Positions 11,295-22,552 are shown, counted from the whole stretch's first letter. The stretch is DNA of 63,670 nucleotides, filler included, from Saprolegnia diclina VS20 (GCF_000281045.1; 3 parts of 3 records of this genome joined end to end with filler, not necessarily neighbours in it), one strand, 5' to 3'. Translations and numbers: made by a program. The notes: generated by a model not told the origin, from the letters alone.

Positions 11295-12656
11295 ATGGTC
11301 CAGGGGCAAAAGGCCGAGAAGATCTCGTGGGCGACCATCCGTGAGCACAACCGCCAAGACAACGCGTGGATCGTGATCCACCACAAGGTGTACGACATCT
11401 CGGCCTTTGAGGACCACCCGGGCGGTGTCGTCATGTTCACGCAGGCCGGCGAAGACGCGACCGATGCGTTCGCTGTCTTCCACCCGAGCTCGGCGCTCAA
11501 GCTCCTCGAGCAGTACTACGTCGGCGACGTCGACCAGTCGACGGCGGCCGTCGACACGTCGATCTCGGACGAGGTCAAGAAGAGCCAGTCGGACTTTATT
11601 GCGTCGTACCGCAAGCTGCGCCTTGAAGTCAAGCGCCTCGGCTTGTACGACTCGAGCAAGCTCTACTACCTCTACAAGTGCGCCTCGACGCTGAGCATTG
11701 CGCTTGTGTCGGCGGCCATTTGCCTCCACTTTGACTCGACGGCCATGTACATGGTCGCGGCTGTCATCCTTGGCCTCTTTTACCAGCAGTGCGGCTGGCT
11801 CGCCCATGACTTTCTGCACCACCAAGTGTTTGAGAACCACTTGTTTGGCGACCTCGTCGGCGTCATGGTCGGCAACCTCTGGCAGGGCTTCTCGGTGCAG
11901 TGGTGGAAGAACAAGCACAACACGCACCATGCGATCCCCAACCTCCACGCGACGCCCGAGATCGCCTTCCACGGCGACCCGGACATTGACACGATGCCGA
12001 TTCTCGCGTGGTCGCTCAAGATGGCGCAGCACGCGGTCGACTCGCCCGTCGGGCTCTTCTTCATGCGCTACCAGGCGTACGTGTACTTTCCCATCTTGCT
12101 CTTTGCGCGTATCTCGTGGGTGATCCAGTCGGCCATGTACGCCTTCTACAACGTTGGGCCCGGCGGCACCTTTGACAAGGTCCAGTACCCGCTGCTCGAG
12201 CGCGCCGGCCTCCTCCTCTACTATGGGTGGAACCTCGGCCTTGTGTACGCAGCCAACATGTCGCTGCTCCAAGCGGCTGCGTTCCTCTTTGTGAGCCAGG
12301 CGTCGTGCGGCCTCTTCCTCGCGATGGTCTTTAGCGTCGGCCACAACGGCATGGAGGTCTTTGACAAGGACAGCAAGCCCGATTTTTGGAAGCTGCAAGT
12401 GCTCTCGACGCGCAACGTGACGTCGTCGCTCTGGATCGACTGGTTCATGGGCGGCCTCAACTACCAGATCGACCACCACTTGTTCCCGATGGTGCCCCGG
12501 CACAACCTCCCGGCGCTCAACGTGCTCGTCAAGTCGCTCTGCAAGCAGTACGACATCCCATACCACGAGACGGGCTTCATCGCGGGCATGGCCGAGGTCG
12601 TCGTGCACCTCGAGCGCATCTCGATCGAGTTCTTCAAGGAGTTTCCCGCCATGTAA
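11295..12656 (+). CDS. Front-end (delta-6) fatty acid desaturase with N-terminal cytochrome b5 domain (453 aa)
   Basis: Cytochrome b5 motif HPGG; three histidine boxes HDFLH, HNTHH and QIDHH (Q-first, front-end type). The start MVQGQKAEKISW matches my recollection of the Saprolegnia delta-6 desaturase. Confidence 0.95.
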   Translation: MVQGQKAEKISWATIREHNRQDNAWIVIHHKVYDISAFEDHPGGVVMFTQAGEDATDAFAVFHPSSALKLLEQYYVGDVDQSTAAVDTSISDEVKKSQSDFIASYRKLRLEVKRLGLYDSSKLYYLYKCASTLSIALVSAAICLHFDSTAMYMVAAVILGLFYQQCGWLAHDFLHHQVFENHLFGDLVGVMVGNLWQGFSVQWWKNKHNTHHAIPNLHATPEIAFHGDPDIDTMPILAWSLKMAQHAVDSPVGLFFMRYQAYVYFPILLFARISWVIQSAMYAFYNVGPGGTFDKVQYPLLERAGLLLYYGWNLGLVYAANMSLLQAAAFLFVSQASCGLFLAMVFSVGHNGMEVFDKDSKPDFWKLQVLSTRNVTSSLWIDWFMGGLNYQIDHHLFPMVPRHNLPALNVLVKSLCKQYDIPYHETGFIAGMAEVVVHLERISIEFFKEFPAM

Positions 12657-13216
12657 ACGGCCACGTAAACCTCTCAATGAAATCTACGATCGAGTGCTCG
12701 ACACGAATGAACTATGCAATTGATGAAGCAGGTATCGACAGCAGCAACGTCGTTGGAACCGAGTGTTGTGGTTACGAGTACCGGCAAGTCGACTGCCCAT
12801 CAGCTACTCCGAGACGTACTTGGTGCTGGAGCCAGCATCGACAGACGAACCGCTTGCAACTGGACGAGGCCCATGGACTTGGTAGTCCTTTAGTAGAGTC
12901 GGTTGCACCCAGTGGGTTGCACCAGACACATTGTCATTGTCATGTTGACGTATTCGCCTATGATGCACCGGAGGGCCATGTTGGCGTTTTCGCGGCCGTG
13001 AGCCAGACCCGTGTTGCGTAGCTCCACTTGGATGCGACCTTGGGTCGATCTGGAGCTGCAGCACCCGAAGGTACACGGGGGGTGCTCACTTGATTTCGCG
13101 GGTAGGACGTCGTTAGCTTGGTGTTTGGACACTGTTGTTTGCTTGGCTGAATTTGCGATGGCTAGTCGCATCGATGGCTGAGACGTGTTGGACGGTGGAC
13201 ACTTGACGCTGTCGTG

Positions 13217-14626
13217 CTAGTTGAGTGCGTCGAGCTCCGCTGCGAGGGTGCGAGGGAGTCGGCGAGGAAGCGCGAGGGAGCTGAATATACCGTCATTGTA
13301 GGCTTGGGCTTCTGCGTACTTGTTGTCTTCGCAGAGGATAGCGACAATCGTTGCGATTCGCGTCTTGCTTTGTAGAGGCCGATCGGGGTCACGGAAAGCT
13401 GTGCGGACAAAGCCGGACCACTGGATCACAGTCTCGTGCACCATCCTGTCGATCTGCGGCCCTCCGGCGTCTTGGTGTACGACTTTATTGCGGTGCGTCC
13501 ACAACTTGTGGACGATGATCATGACAAGGCTGCTCGCCAGTTGGACTATGGGCTCCTTGAGGTTCGCGAGGTTCGCGGGCGGCTCGATCCGGTCGACGTC
13601 CATGCACATGTCCCACGACAGATCCACGCCTAGCTTCCGCCACGCTGGACGGTGAGCTTGCCAAAGGGCTCGGACGCAGATACAATCGTGGAGGACATGA
13701 CGTGGCGTTTCGAGCGACTGGCAACGCGCGTATGGGCACTTGGTAGTGTCCGGGTCCTGCGTGTCCTTGAAGCGGAACTTGGAGCCCGTTGGGAGGATGT
13801 TCATCATCGCGCGGAACCAGACGTCATACTGTACCGGCATACCCCATGGACGGAGGCGGCGTACACGCTTGAGGTAGTCGATAACCGCCTCGTCGGATGG
13901 GCGAGCGGGTGTAATCATCGGGTGAGGCTTCTTGCGTTGTGGCGCCATGACGCTCATGTACTTGACCGTCTCCTTGGGCCACGCGTGGAACGGCACAATG
14001 CCATGAATGTCGGACATGGGCCACAGCGGTGCGATTGACGTTGGACTGGTCAACGGCTGGTCCCACGGGACGTGGTAGTTTCGCCACACGCTTTGTGCAA
14101 TCGATGACAGCTTGCGGTACAAAGTCGAGGGCCGGAGACCGGGGCCGTCAAAGCTCCAAAAGCACGCTTCCATGCGTTCCTGGAATGTGTCCTCGGAGGG
14201 CCACTTTCCGTCTCCGGACAACCGAATGAAATCTTGAAGGCAGTGAAAGCCGTGGTCCGTGAAATGTCGTTTCATCAAATTCTTCAGTACGTTCAGTTCT
14301 ACTTTGTTTTCAAAGTTGACATCACAAATGACTTTGATGATCGTATGTGACCACGTCCGTTGACTCGGGATGTCGGCCAGAAGCTCGAATTGAGNNNNNN
14401 NNNNNNNNNNNNNNNNNNNNNNNNNNNNNNNNNNNNNNNNNNNNNNNNNNNNNNNNNNNNNNNNNNNNNNNNNNNNNNNNNNNNNNNNNNNNNNTACTTT
14501 GTTTTCAAAGTTGACATCACAAATGACTTTGATGATCGTATGTGACCACGTCCGTTGACTCGGGATGTCGGCCAGAAGCTCGAATTGAGTTTTGAGTTGC
14601 TGGCTCTTGATGAACGTCCACCGTTG
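13217..14626 (-). mobile_element. 5'-truncated non-LTR (LINE, L1/Tx1-like) retrotransposon ORF2 3' fragment with zf-RVT-type zinc finger
   Basis: The ORF contains DVWFRAMMNILPTG, CPYARCQSLETPRHVLHDC (CCHC finger) and HKLWTHRNKVVH, typical of the post-RT C-terminus of LINE ORF2. The frame continues upstream of the listed ORF to the gap, and beyond it if the duplicated gap flank is merged. No RT core is seen. Confidence 0.75.
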
Positions 14627-14791
14627 CTATTCCAAGACGGTGTGAGCGGACGCTGGTGTTATGAGAAGTCCTTTGTTTATTTTACACTCTCTTACCAATT
14701 TCTACTTATTTATCGAGATCCATGATGAATCTGCACATACACCAAGCACTCTTTCTCATTCGAGCTAGTCCTCGTTGATGTGTAAGCTCAG

Positions 14792-15094
14792 GTGTCCAGT
14801 GGTCTGTCCAAGGCCGGCGGCCACCTCCTGCGGACGCTAACCACGACCGTGGCCAAGCAGCTCAAGCAGAGCGCCAAGGCCAAGCCATGGCTCAACTCGA
14901 TCTGCCGCAGCGTCGGCCAGCACCAACATGCGATCAGGGTCAGATCCGCTGGGAAACGATCCAAAACAAGGAGCTGCCGGCTGACCAGGCCGTCGACAAG
15001 AGCTTCGAGCTCCTCGTCTTCTCGGTCGCGGGAGTACGACTGCTGCAGTGCCAAGGCGAATGAGCTCATGGGCAGCAACGAGTGCACGTTCTAG
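14792..15094 (+). pseudogene. OPA3: OPA3-like (optic atrophy 3 family) pseudogene fragment
   Basis: KAGGHLLRTLTTTVAKQLKQSAKAKPWLNSICRSVGQHQH resembles the OPA3 N-terminus. After a frameshift near 14955 it reads IQNKELPADQAVDKSFELLVFSVAG (OPA3 'A(V/I)..GAE..GE..IFSVA' with a deletion). A second shift gives EYDCCSAKANEL. No ATG. Confidence 0.65.
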
Positions 15095-15837
15095 CGCCTC
15101 TAGCCGGTCCTCATGTCGATCCATGACCACCCCACCGAAACGCGCTAAAATATACTAGTATCTATACTAGTATGCACAAACTTTGCAGGACGATTCTGTA
15201 TCCAGAGCCCAATTGCTGTATGCGGCTGTTTCAGAGCACCATAAAGGACGCGACTAATCGCTACAGACCAGTAGTCGTCGGTCTTGTGACTGCAGGAGCT
15301 GCACTGAGTCGTCGAGCTCTCAAAGCACCAAAGGAGCGAGGGTCGCTTCGAGTGGGGCTGCTGGGCGCTACGTCCTCGCTACCTCGTGAGCAGCACAGCT
15401 GGGAAAAGGTCGGCGGAGGTTAGCAACCGCCCAAGACGGTGCGCTTGCCACGTGCAATCGACTGCCGAAAATATGGTGTTCAGCATACGGCGGCCAATCA
15501 CATCGTCTCGCGCTTTGGCGAGAAAAAGAAAAGGTCATGTCGTAGCCGTCGCCAAAGATGGCCTGCATGGCCTCTCTACCTCTCTACCGTTGTTCTCGCT
15601 TTCGATCACATTGACCACCAAATCGACATATATAACCTTTCAGACTCTTTGTGATGCGAAGGCTACCAAAGCCCCAGGTAGCGTGTCCACACACGACTGT
15701 CGAAAGCCGACAACAACAACCAAATTCCCGGTAAAACGTCGGCGAGATATGGCAATAAGCCGGCGAATATCTACTTCAAGTACCACGCTGTTGGTGTTTA
15801 AAACATACGTTTTACACACAAACAGGTGTTGAAAACA

Positions 15838-15853
15838 GCTCATTTCCAAATCC
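15838..15853 (+). promoter_or_regulatory. Oomycete INR+FPR-like core promoter upstream of the ankyrin gene
   Basis: GCTCATTTCCAAATCC versus consensus GCTCATTYYNCAWTTT, about 30 nt upstream of the ATG at 15884. Confidence 0.5.
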
Positions 15854-15883
15854 GCCAGACAGAGTGCAAGCACGATTGGCATC

Positions 15884-16912
15884 ATGCCGACCGGCTTTAC
15901 GGACGTCCTGCAGTCGGACGACCTCCTCCCGCTCATTGCGCGCTTCTCCAACGGCGTAACGCAGGACGTATGCGCGCTCCGTCGGGCCTGCCGTGGCTAC
16001 TCCGTGGCGCCCGGCCGCGCCCCGTACGCCGCCTTCCAAGCCCTCTTTGAGCCGTGGTTTGCTCGACGGGGCACTCTTGAGCTTCATCAGCTCTGCCAAG
16101 TGCACCTTTTCGTGTACGCCCTCGACTTTGCACACATGGAAGTGCTGCGATGGTTCGCAGCGGAGCACCGCATCACGTCCGAGCTGTACTTCCAAGGGTG
16201 GCAACTCGAGTTCCCAACGGCGTCCACGAACCACTGCCCCGATCTCGCCATGCCCCACTACAAGACGGTCGGGTCGTCAGCGATCTACACGCATTTCTAC
16301 ACCGTGCGCAATGCGGCGATCCGCAACCACGTCGACATCCTTCGCCTGTCGTTGAACCTCCGCTGCGATATGCGCTTCGTCTGGGAGGAGGCTTGCCGCC
16401 ATGGTCACTTGGCTGTCGTCGAGTTTGCCCAGCGCGAGGAGGTTTCCGGCTGGTTGTCTCGCTACGTCAACGTGGCAGCGCTAAACGGTCACTTGCATTT
16501 GATCAAGTTCTTCCATGAGCACGACTACAACGGCTTCAACAAGGCGACGATTGAAGCCGCGGTCCAGAGCGGCAACCTCGCGCTCGTGAAGTTTCTTTTG
16601 AAATAGCGGCTCGAAGGGACGCTCCAGGACGCCATGTGCCAAGCCGCTGCGAGCAGCAAGCTCAACATTCTGCGCTGGCTCGTCACGCAGCGGAACGCGT
16701 CCCAGCACATGCACAAGGTGCTCGAGACTGCAGGCATCAACCGTTGCGAGCACGTTCTCGCGTACCTTTGGCATGGACATGGCATGCAACTGACGCCGCA
16801 GTCATCGGCGCGCGTCTCGCGCCGTCGGCAGCGTGAGCATGATGAGCAACCGAGTCCAGCGCAATCGACACGAGAGGCGTCGCTCCGTGTGAAACGCTGT
16901 GCCAACAAGTAA
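15884..16912 (+). pseudogene. Oomycete-type ankyrin-repeat protein with a premature stop (possible pseudogene or truncated allele)
   Basis: Repeats of type A(A/C)..GHL.VV.F, AALNGHLHLIKFFHEH and AAVQSGNLALVKFLL. A TAG at 16604-16606 is followed in the same frame by RLEGTLQDAMCQAAASSKLNILRWLV, another repeat. Confidence 0.7.
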
Positions 16913-19013
16913 TTCGTCCTCTCGTCGCGTCGCCTTGATTCGTTTGTCTCCTTGAAGTCTACTAATAGTTTTTGTATTTCTGCAGGTTGTGTTGGCATTT
17001 CCGTAGCCTGTCGTACACCTACTAGTACGGACAAGCGCCGAGACCAAAGGAATTTCCTTATTTGCTATTTGGGGATTCAGTGCTCTCCTGACCGTAGTAG
17101 TATGCTGCGCCGTGGATAGCGACGACGCCTTGACGGAGGAGATTGCCGGGTTTCGTTTCGGTCGATTCTTTGAGGTACTTGTTGAGGTTTGAGCGAATCC
17201 TTGAAAAACGTTGTGAATGGATTTGACTGACACCTTGCCAGTCTTTTTCGGACGCTCGTGACCTTCGCGTCCGCGGGACGAAAGATGGCTTGATCGCGGA
17301 GTTGTTCGGGCAACATAAGGACGTACGCTCCTTGCGTTAGAACGGCCTTGGAGGACATGACGGAGAGCGAGTGAAACGCTCAGAAAAAGTCCTTGCTGCC
17401 GAGCAGGGGAATGCTGAACTGAGAGCCGTTGGGCTCCGTCCGTTTGCTGCTCCCTGCCCTAGTGGTAGAAAATCTCGAGTCTAAGCTGCGCTACGAAACT
17501 CACACTCTCTCCGTGTGCAGCTCACTCCCTACGATCAAGTGCTCGTGCCAACTCCGACGCATTCAGGCGTATGCGAAGTCTTTGTAGTGACGAAGATGAC
17601 GCGAACATGTTCATATTTATATCAGCGCAATACGTATATTTTCGCGCCCGTGGAAACATAGATTCGCCAGTTTGGTGCGCAGAAGCACATGCGCTTGAGA
17701 TCTTGGCGAGTCTCGAGGCGCGGCTACGATTGGACTAATGACCATAAAGTACGTCGGCACGAGCTGCTCCATGGACCGGTACCCGCCGCTGGCAACGCGA
17801 GGTGGTAGCTTCGCTGCTAGTCGTGAGATGCAGTCATGCGGATGTAGCACGTGACCAGCGTCGCGAGATACCACACCGAAGCCAACCAAGGCGTGTGTGG
17901 CGGGCTTACCAGTCGCCTCATCGGCTTACCAAGAGCGTGTCAAGACCGCATCCGTAAGGCTGCCTGTCAGTGCGCATCACGGCAGGACGCGCGTGTGGCG
18001 TAGCGAGTAGTAGCCGGCTGGCGGGGACGCAGCGGAGGACACGAGGCTTTTGTGCCGGGTGTCGTGGCGCCATATCAGCTAGGTCGGTTTTATACCGTTT
18101 AGAACAGTGTAGAGCACGGATGAATCAAACACATCGATAGTTTTTATGCTTCTATTTGTAAGAGTATAAAACAGATGTACGCAATTGCACTGTTTTATAC
18201 TTGATGCTTTTGCGCGCGCTCGACGAATGACACGCATGAGTATGGCGCCGGCAACGAGGCGGCGGAGACGCCAACGAGCGCTTTATCTCACACGGGGTGC
18301 AGTACGTACCCCCATAGCCACATCTATCCTCCAGGAATAACAATAACTACGATCATCGACATGGGCGAGTCGGTGCTTGGTACGCGCCAAGCTCAGTACT
18401 ATCGTGAACGAGGCGACGGCCACAGCCACCTTCATTTCGTGGTCTGGTGCATCGTTTGAGGACGCTGCGGCACTCGGCGTCGTCCTTGATTAGGACAATA
18501 AAGCCATTTNNNNNNNNNNNNNNNNNNNNNNNNNNNNNNNNNNNNNNNNNNNNNNNNNNNNNNNNNNNNNNNNNNNNNNNNNNNNNNNNNNNNNNNNNNN
18601 NNNNNNNNNCCCATGTCAACTGACTGCGGAGACTCGCCCTCTTATTCTTGCGACCCACATTTCATGGCCTGGTGCATCGTTTGAGGACGCTGCGGCACTC
18701 GGCGTCGTCCTTGATTGACAGTGAGTTGATGTACTCTTGGGTACAACCGACGACACATAAGCTGCCATTTCGAGATCATTGCCATTTTCCAAAAGCCAAG
18801 CCGACAAAGGATATGGTAGAGTTCATCGTCTTGGATATGCGTGCAAAGGTGTACGCCAAGTTGGTTCCATCGACCACCTGCAAGGACGCCCCATTCGTAG
18901 CAGCTGAAACCCTACCCCTTTGTACCCTCGATACACTTGTATTTGCTTCCACGCCAACGAATTCCTTGACGTGCACATGGTAGTTAGTACTATAGCACGA
19001 ACAGCGGCTGCGT

Positions 19014-20790
19014 CTACTTGGTCGTCCACGCCGTGGCCTCGTGGTACGCCATACCGGTGCCCGAAATGTTGTCACCAAGGCCGCACGTGTGATCCGGCTT
19101 CTTGCACGCCAGCATCGGCGCAATATGGCACGTGAACGCGCCTACATCCACCAGCATATACGTTTCGCGTCCATACGATCCATATGCAACACGCACCGTG
19201 CGTCCACGTCTTGATGGGCGACCGCGGGTCAATGTCCCACATAACGTCCTTGGTCAGCGGCGTCGACCGCGGTAAGAGCACCTACGCCATTGGTATCACA
19301 CGCTTGCTGCCACGTGAACCATACCTCGACAAGGGACGGTTCGAGCGTCATGTCTTGGCTCATTGGGCCGTGCGAGCGGTCGCCGCACGCCAGCTTGGAG
19401 CTCATGAGCGCGCTTTGCATGAGGGCAACCGTCGGCGTCGCCCAAACCTCCGTGTGGCACAGAATGTGGAACTGAAGCGTGTGGAAATGGATCCGGCTGA
19501 GGCGGTGGAGCGGTGACCCCGCCTTCGTGCGCGCCGCATAGTCGATCACATCGCCGAGCTGCGTCGTGACGGTCTGGACGCTCGGGCGCGACGACGTCGT
19601 GACCAATTCATCGCCTACAGGTTTTTGTGAGTTCACGTCCGACCAAAGCATCAATCCAATGACGTACCTGTGACAATGAAATGGTGCAGAATCGCGAGCT
19701 CTTGCTCGTTAAAGCCAACGGAGTCGACATGCGGCAAGACGAGCTTGACCGTGTCGTCGTAGAGGGTAAAGTCTAGACACTCCTTCAACCTAGCACTTGA
19801 GCAAAGCGATACTTACCGGACGCGGCGGCAAACTCGTAATGGGTCAACGTCGGGACCGCTTGGAGCACATTCGCCAAGGCTTGGAGACGCTGCACACGGC
19901 GGGCTTCGTTCGTGTCGACTTCCAGCAGCTGGAGACCGCCAATGACCACCTAGAGCCACATCAACATTCACAGACAAGGCCAGATCGATCGCATACGAGG
20001 TCGGCGTCAAACGAGGGCAGCGCCGCGGCAAACTCTTCGAGGACCGAGAGCTGCGCGTTGTAGACGTCGTGGTTGAGGTAGTAGCGGTTCGCACGCGGCG
20101 AAAGGAGGTTGCGGAAGGCGTCGTTCTTGGCGTACTCGAGCACGAGGTGCACGTCTTCATGGCCGCCTTCGTCGACCGCGCCAACAACGTGGACGTTCTT
20201 GTGAAAGTGGCCACGCATCTCGTCGCCAACGGCGCCGCCAAGGAGCACGTCGCTGGCTTCGTACGCAGCGCGCTGCGCCATCTGCGCCGCGTTGCCGCCG
20301 ATCGCTTGCGTGACGCCAGGCAGGCTCTTGGCGAGCTGGACGACGTCGTGAAAGGCGTCGGCCGACGACTAGGGACATCCGTGTAGAGAATGAGAGGTAG
20401 ATAATGCGCTACCATGCTCTGTTCGGCTGCCGCGCCCTTGGAGAAGTAGTACCCAAAGCTCTCTCGGAGCTCGTTGGTCGAGGCAATGCGCTCGTGGTGC
20501 TTGGCCGCAATGGTCTTTGTCATCGCGGGCGTGAGCTTGGCCATGAGGTCGACGGCGCGAACGCTGACGTCGAGGTCGGCCGAGCAGCAGAATGCGAGGC
20601 GGTTGCGGTGGCGCGCCGGCAACGGCGTCCCCAGGAACTCCATGGCCTCGAGGAAGAGGCCGTGCTCGGCGTCCGAGAAGGTCGTCGGCGTCGAGGGCAC
20701 GAGCGCCGAGAGCTCGTCCACATACAGGACGGCGACCCAGCAGAGACCGGCGGCCAGCGCCAGCGCCACGAGCTGCGACGCGCTGTACAT
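19014..20790 (-). CDS. ADPGK: ADP-dependent glucokinase (ribokinase fold) with N-terminal signal/anchor; multi-exon
   Basis: Motifs F.YYFSKGAAAE, IGGNAAQMA, DVHLVLEY, PRANRYYLNHD, DSVGFNEQEL, RIHFHTL and the C-terminal anion-hole motif TCGLGDNISG. Hydrophobic N-terminus from the ATG at 20790. Confidence 0.9.
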
Positions 20791-21438
20791 GCTGTCGGTC
20801 GGCTGTTGCGAGATTTTTTGTGGCATCCCCACAACACCATGGCCATCGTATCCGGATGAAACCCATCTGGGCTGCAGCGACGTGGCAACTTCAGGTGAAC
20901 CTCGCTGCTCCGCCTGCCAGGTGCAGATGCATGTATAATAGCTACTGCTGTTATAAACCCATAGTGTACATAACTGTCTATCAAAGCATGTCTTTTCACG
21001 TATCTCGCGGTGTCGATCGCTTGGCAATAGCTCGTTGGCGCGGCCAGCTGTCGCGGAGCTGACAAGTGAAGAAGCGACCCATCGTAATAGCGAGGTGCGT
21101 GGCCTTGAAGCTTACACAGCTCTCTGTCCGTGCAGCGTGCCATCGCTGCGCACGGCTATGTCATGTGGTGTAGTAGCCGTGAGCCCATAGCGATCCTCAC
21201 GGACCGTTGTTGACGCGACAGCCTAGCTCGCTCGACGGAAGCTCATGTCCAGAGCTCTCTGCAAGCAAGCGTCCTTGCATCTATCGCTGGTTGCTTTGCC
21301 GTAGAATGGAACTTCGCATTGCAAGCAGCACAGAGAGACTATGTACTACGCAGCCTACCACCGTGGTCGAGTCCCTTGCATTTTCGTAGAAAATGCTGCG
21401 CAACGGCAAGTCCATCACAAGAGAGACTCTCGTGACGC

Positions 21439-21455
21439 TTCAGTCTGCCGTTTGC
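21439..21455 (+). promoter_or_regulatory. INR+FPR-like core promoter of metallothionein-like copy 1 (counterpart at 22572-22588 on the minus strand)
   Basis: TTCAGTCTGCCGTTTGC in copy 1 and TTCAGTTTGCCTTTTGC in copy 2, at the same distance from each ATG. Both resemble the oomycete INR/FPR. Confidence 0.5.
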
Positions 21456-21474
21456 CTGCTACGACAACTGCACC

Positions 21475-21624
21475 ATGCCAACGATGACGACGATGACGAC
21501 GGACACGTGCGCCTGCCCCGACTGCCACTGCGACCCGTGCCTCTGCCGTGTACTCGGCCATACGTGCGGCTGCCCTGTCTGCCGCTGCAACCCGTGTCTG
21601 TGCCCCGACCGCGTGGACGACTGA
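21475..21624 (+). CDS. Metallothionein-like Cys-rich peptide, copy 1 (49 aa, 12 Cys)
   Basis: MPTMTTMTTDTCACPDCHCDPCLCRVLGHTCGCPVCRCNPCLCPDRVDD*: two CxCxxCxCxPCxC units and no Phe, Tyr or Trp. Copy 2 differs at 3 nt, all synonymous. Confidence 0.8.
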   Translation: MPTMTTMTTDTCACPDCHCDPCLCRVLGHTCGCPVCRCNPCLCPDRVDD

Positions 21625-22402
21625 GTAGTGACGCTAAGGACCGGCAACACGAATGATGGACTGCAATACGCGATTCTAGTCGGCTAGATGACGAGGAAGA
21701 GGTCAAGGCGGTTCTTCAACGCTGTGACATGCGGGATACACGCATTGCCATTGGCTTAAAGTGACTTGAAGCGACCAATCGGCGCATGGTATCAAGGCGA
21801 GGTTTGCGCAAATCAAAGCGGGGCCGCAACGCGAGCTGGACGTCGTTGTGTAGACTGTTCGTTGGTGTAGACAGAGATATGGCTGCGGCCATTGCTAGAG
21901 GGCCCTCCACCCGCCATGCTGCCAATCACCACGAATGGCGAAGGCCTTGCTTGCGCGAGAGCGCCATGCACGGCGTCAAGGGCAGCGCATCAGCAGTGAT
22001 ATCCGGATCAAACGTCGCTGTCTTATACACGCTGGCTGACGTGATAGCGCAGTGCACAAGCAGCGCGAGCGCCGTCGGCAGCAGCGAAGGGGCCATCGGC
22101 CACGCACCTTGGACGGCGCATTGACCTCCGCACTACCACAGCCGCATCACCAAATGCCCGTCTGGAGGTACAATCGCGTGCTCAAACTATGCCAGCCACA
22201 AGGGGCTACTTATCGCGGCCAATGAGAGCGGTCTTCGAACCTCGTTGAGCCAGGCCAAAGCGGCGCGACGCACTTGGTGTGCGAAAGCGTGGGCACAAAT
22301 TAAGGCTCGGCCCGTCCAGCAATGCTCTACAAGTCTAGTACAAGGCACACGTCGTTCATGTTTCGTGTTGCTGGTTCTTAGCGCCACAAGGACTAGGCGT
22401 AC

Positions 22403-22552
22403 TCAGTCGTCCACGCGGTCGGGGCACAGACACGGGTTGCAGCGGCAGACAGGGCAACCGCACGTGTGGCCGAGCACACGGCAGAGGCACGGGTCGCAGT
22501 GGCAGTCGGGGCAGGCGCACGTGTCCGTCGTCATCGTCGTCATCGTTGGCAT
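22403..22552 (-). CDS. Metallothionein-like Cys-rich peptide, copy 2 (identical protein)
   Basis: Inverted copy of 21475-21624 with only GTA>GTG, CAT>CAC and GGC>GGT changes. Flanks are homologous but more diverged. Confidence 0.8.
   Translation of the reverse strand: MPTMTTMTTDTCACPDCHCDPCLCRVLGHTCGCPVCRCNPCLCPDRVDD

Noticed and set aside
14300..14589. Exact 95-nt direct repeat (14300-14394 and 14495-14589) flanking a 100-N gap
   Set aside because: The copies are identical, abut the gap, and merging them restores one reading frame. This is most likely an unmerged contig overlap.
16920..17358. Minus-strand ORF pieces starting MSSKAVLTQGAY, possibly a truncated gene or LINE ORF1
   Set aside because: No recognisable motif, and the frames are broken, so no call can be supported.
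17455..17510. TAGTGGTAGAA resembling a tRNA D-loop
   Set aside because: No T-loop (GTTCRA) or acceptor stem; no tRNA or rRNA was recognised anywhere in the window.
21147..21153. TGCGCAC matching the animal MRE consensus upstream of MT copy 1
   Set aside because: A single 7-mer in GC-rich DNA, not shared by copy 2, and MTF-1-type regulation is not established in oomycetes.
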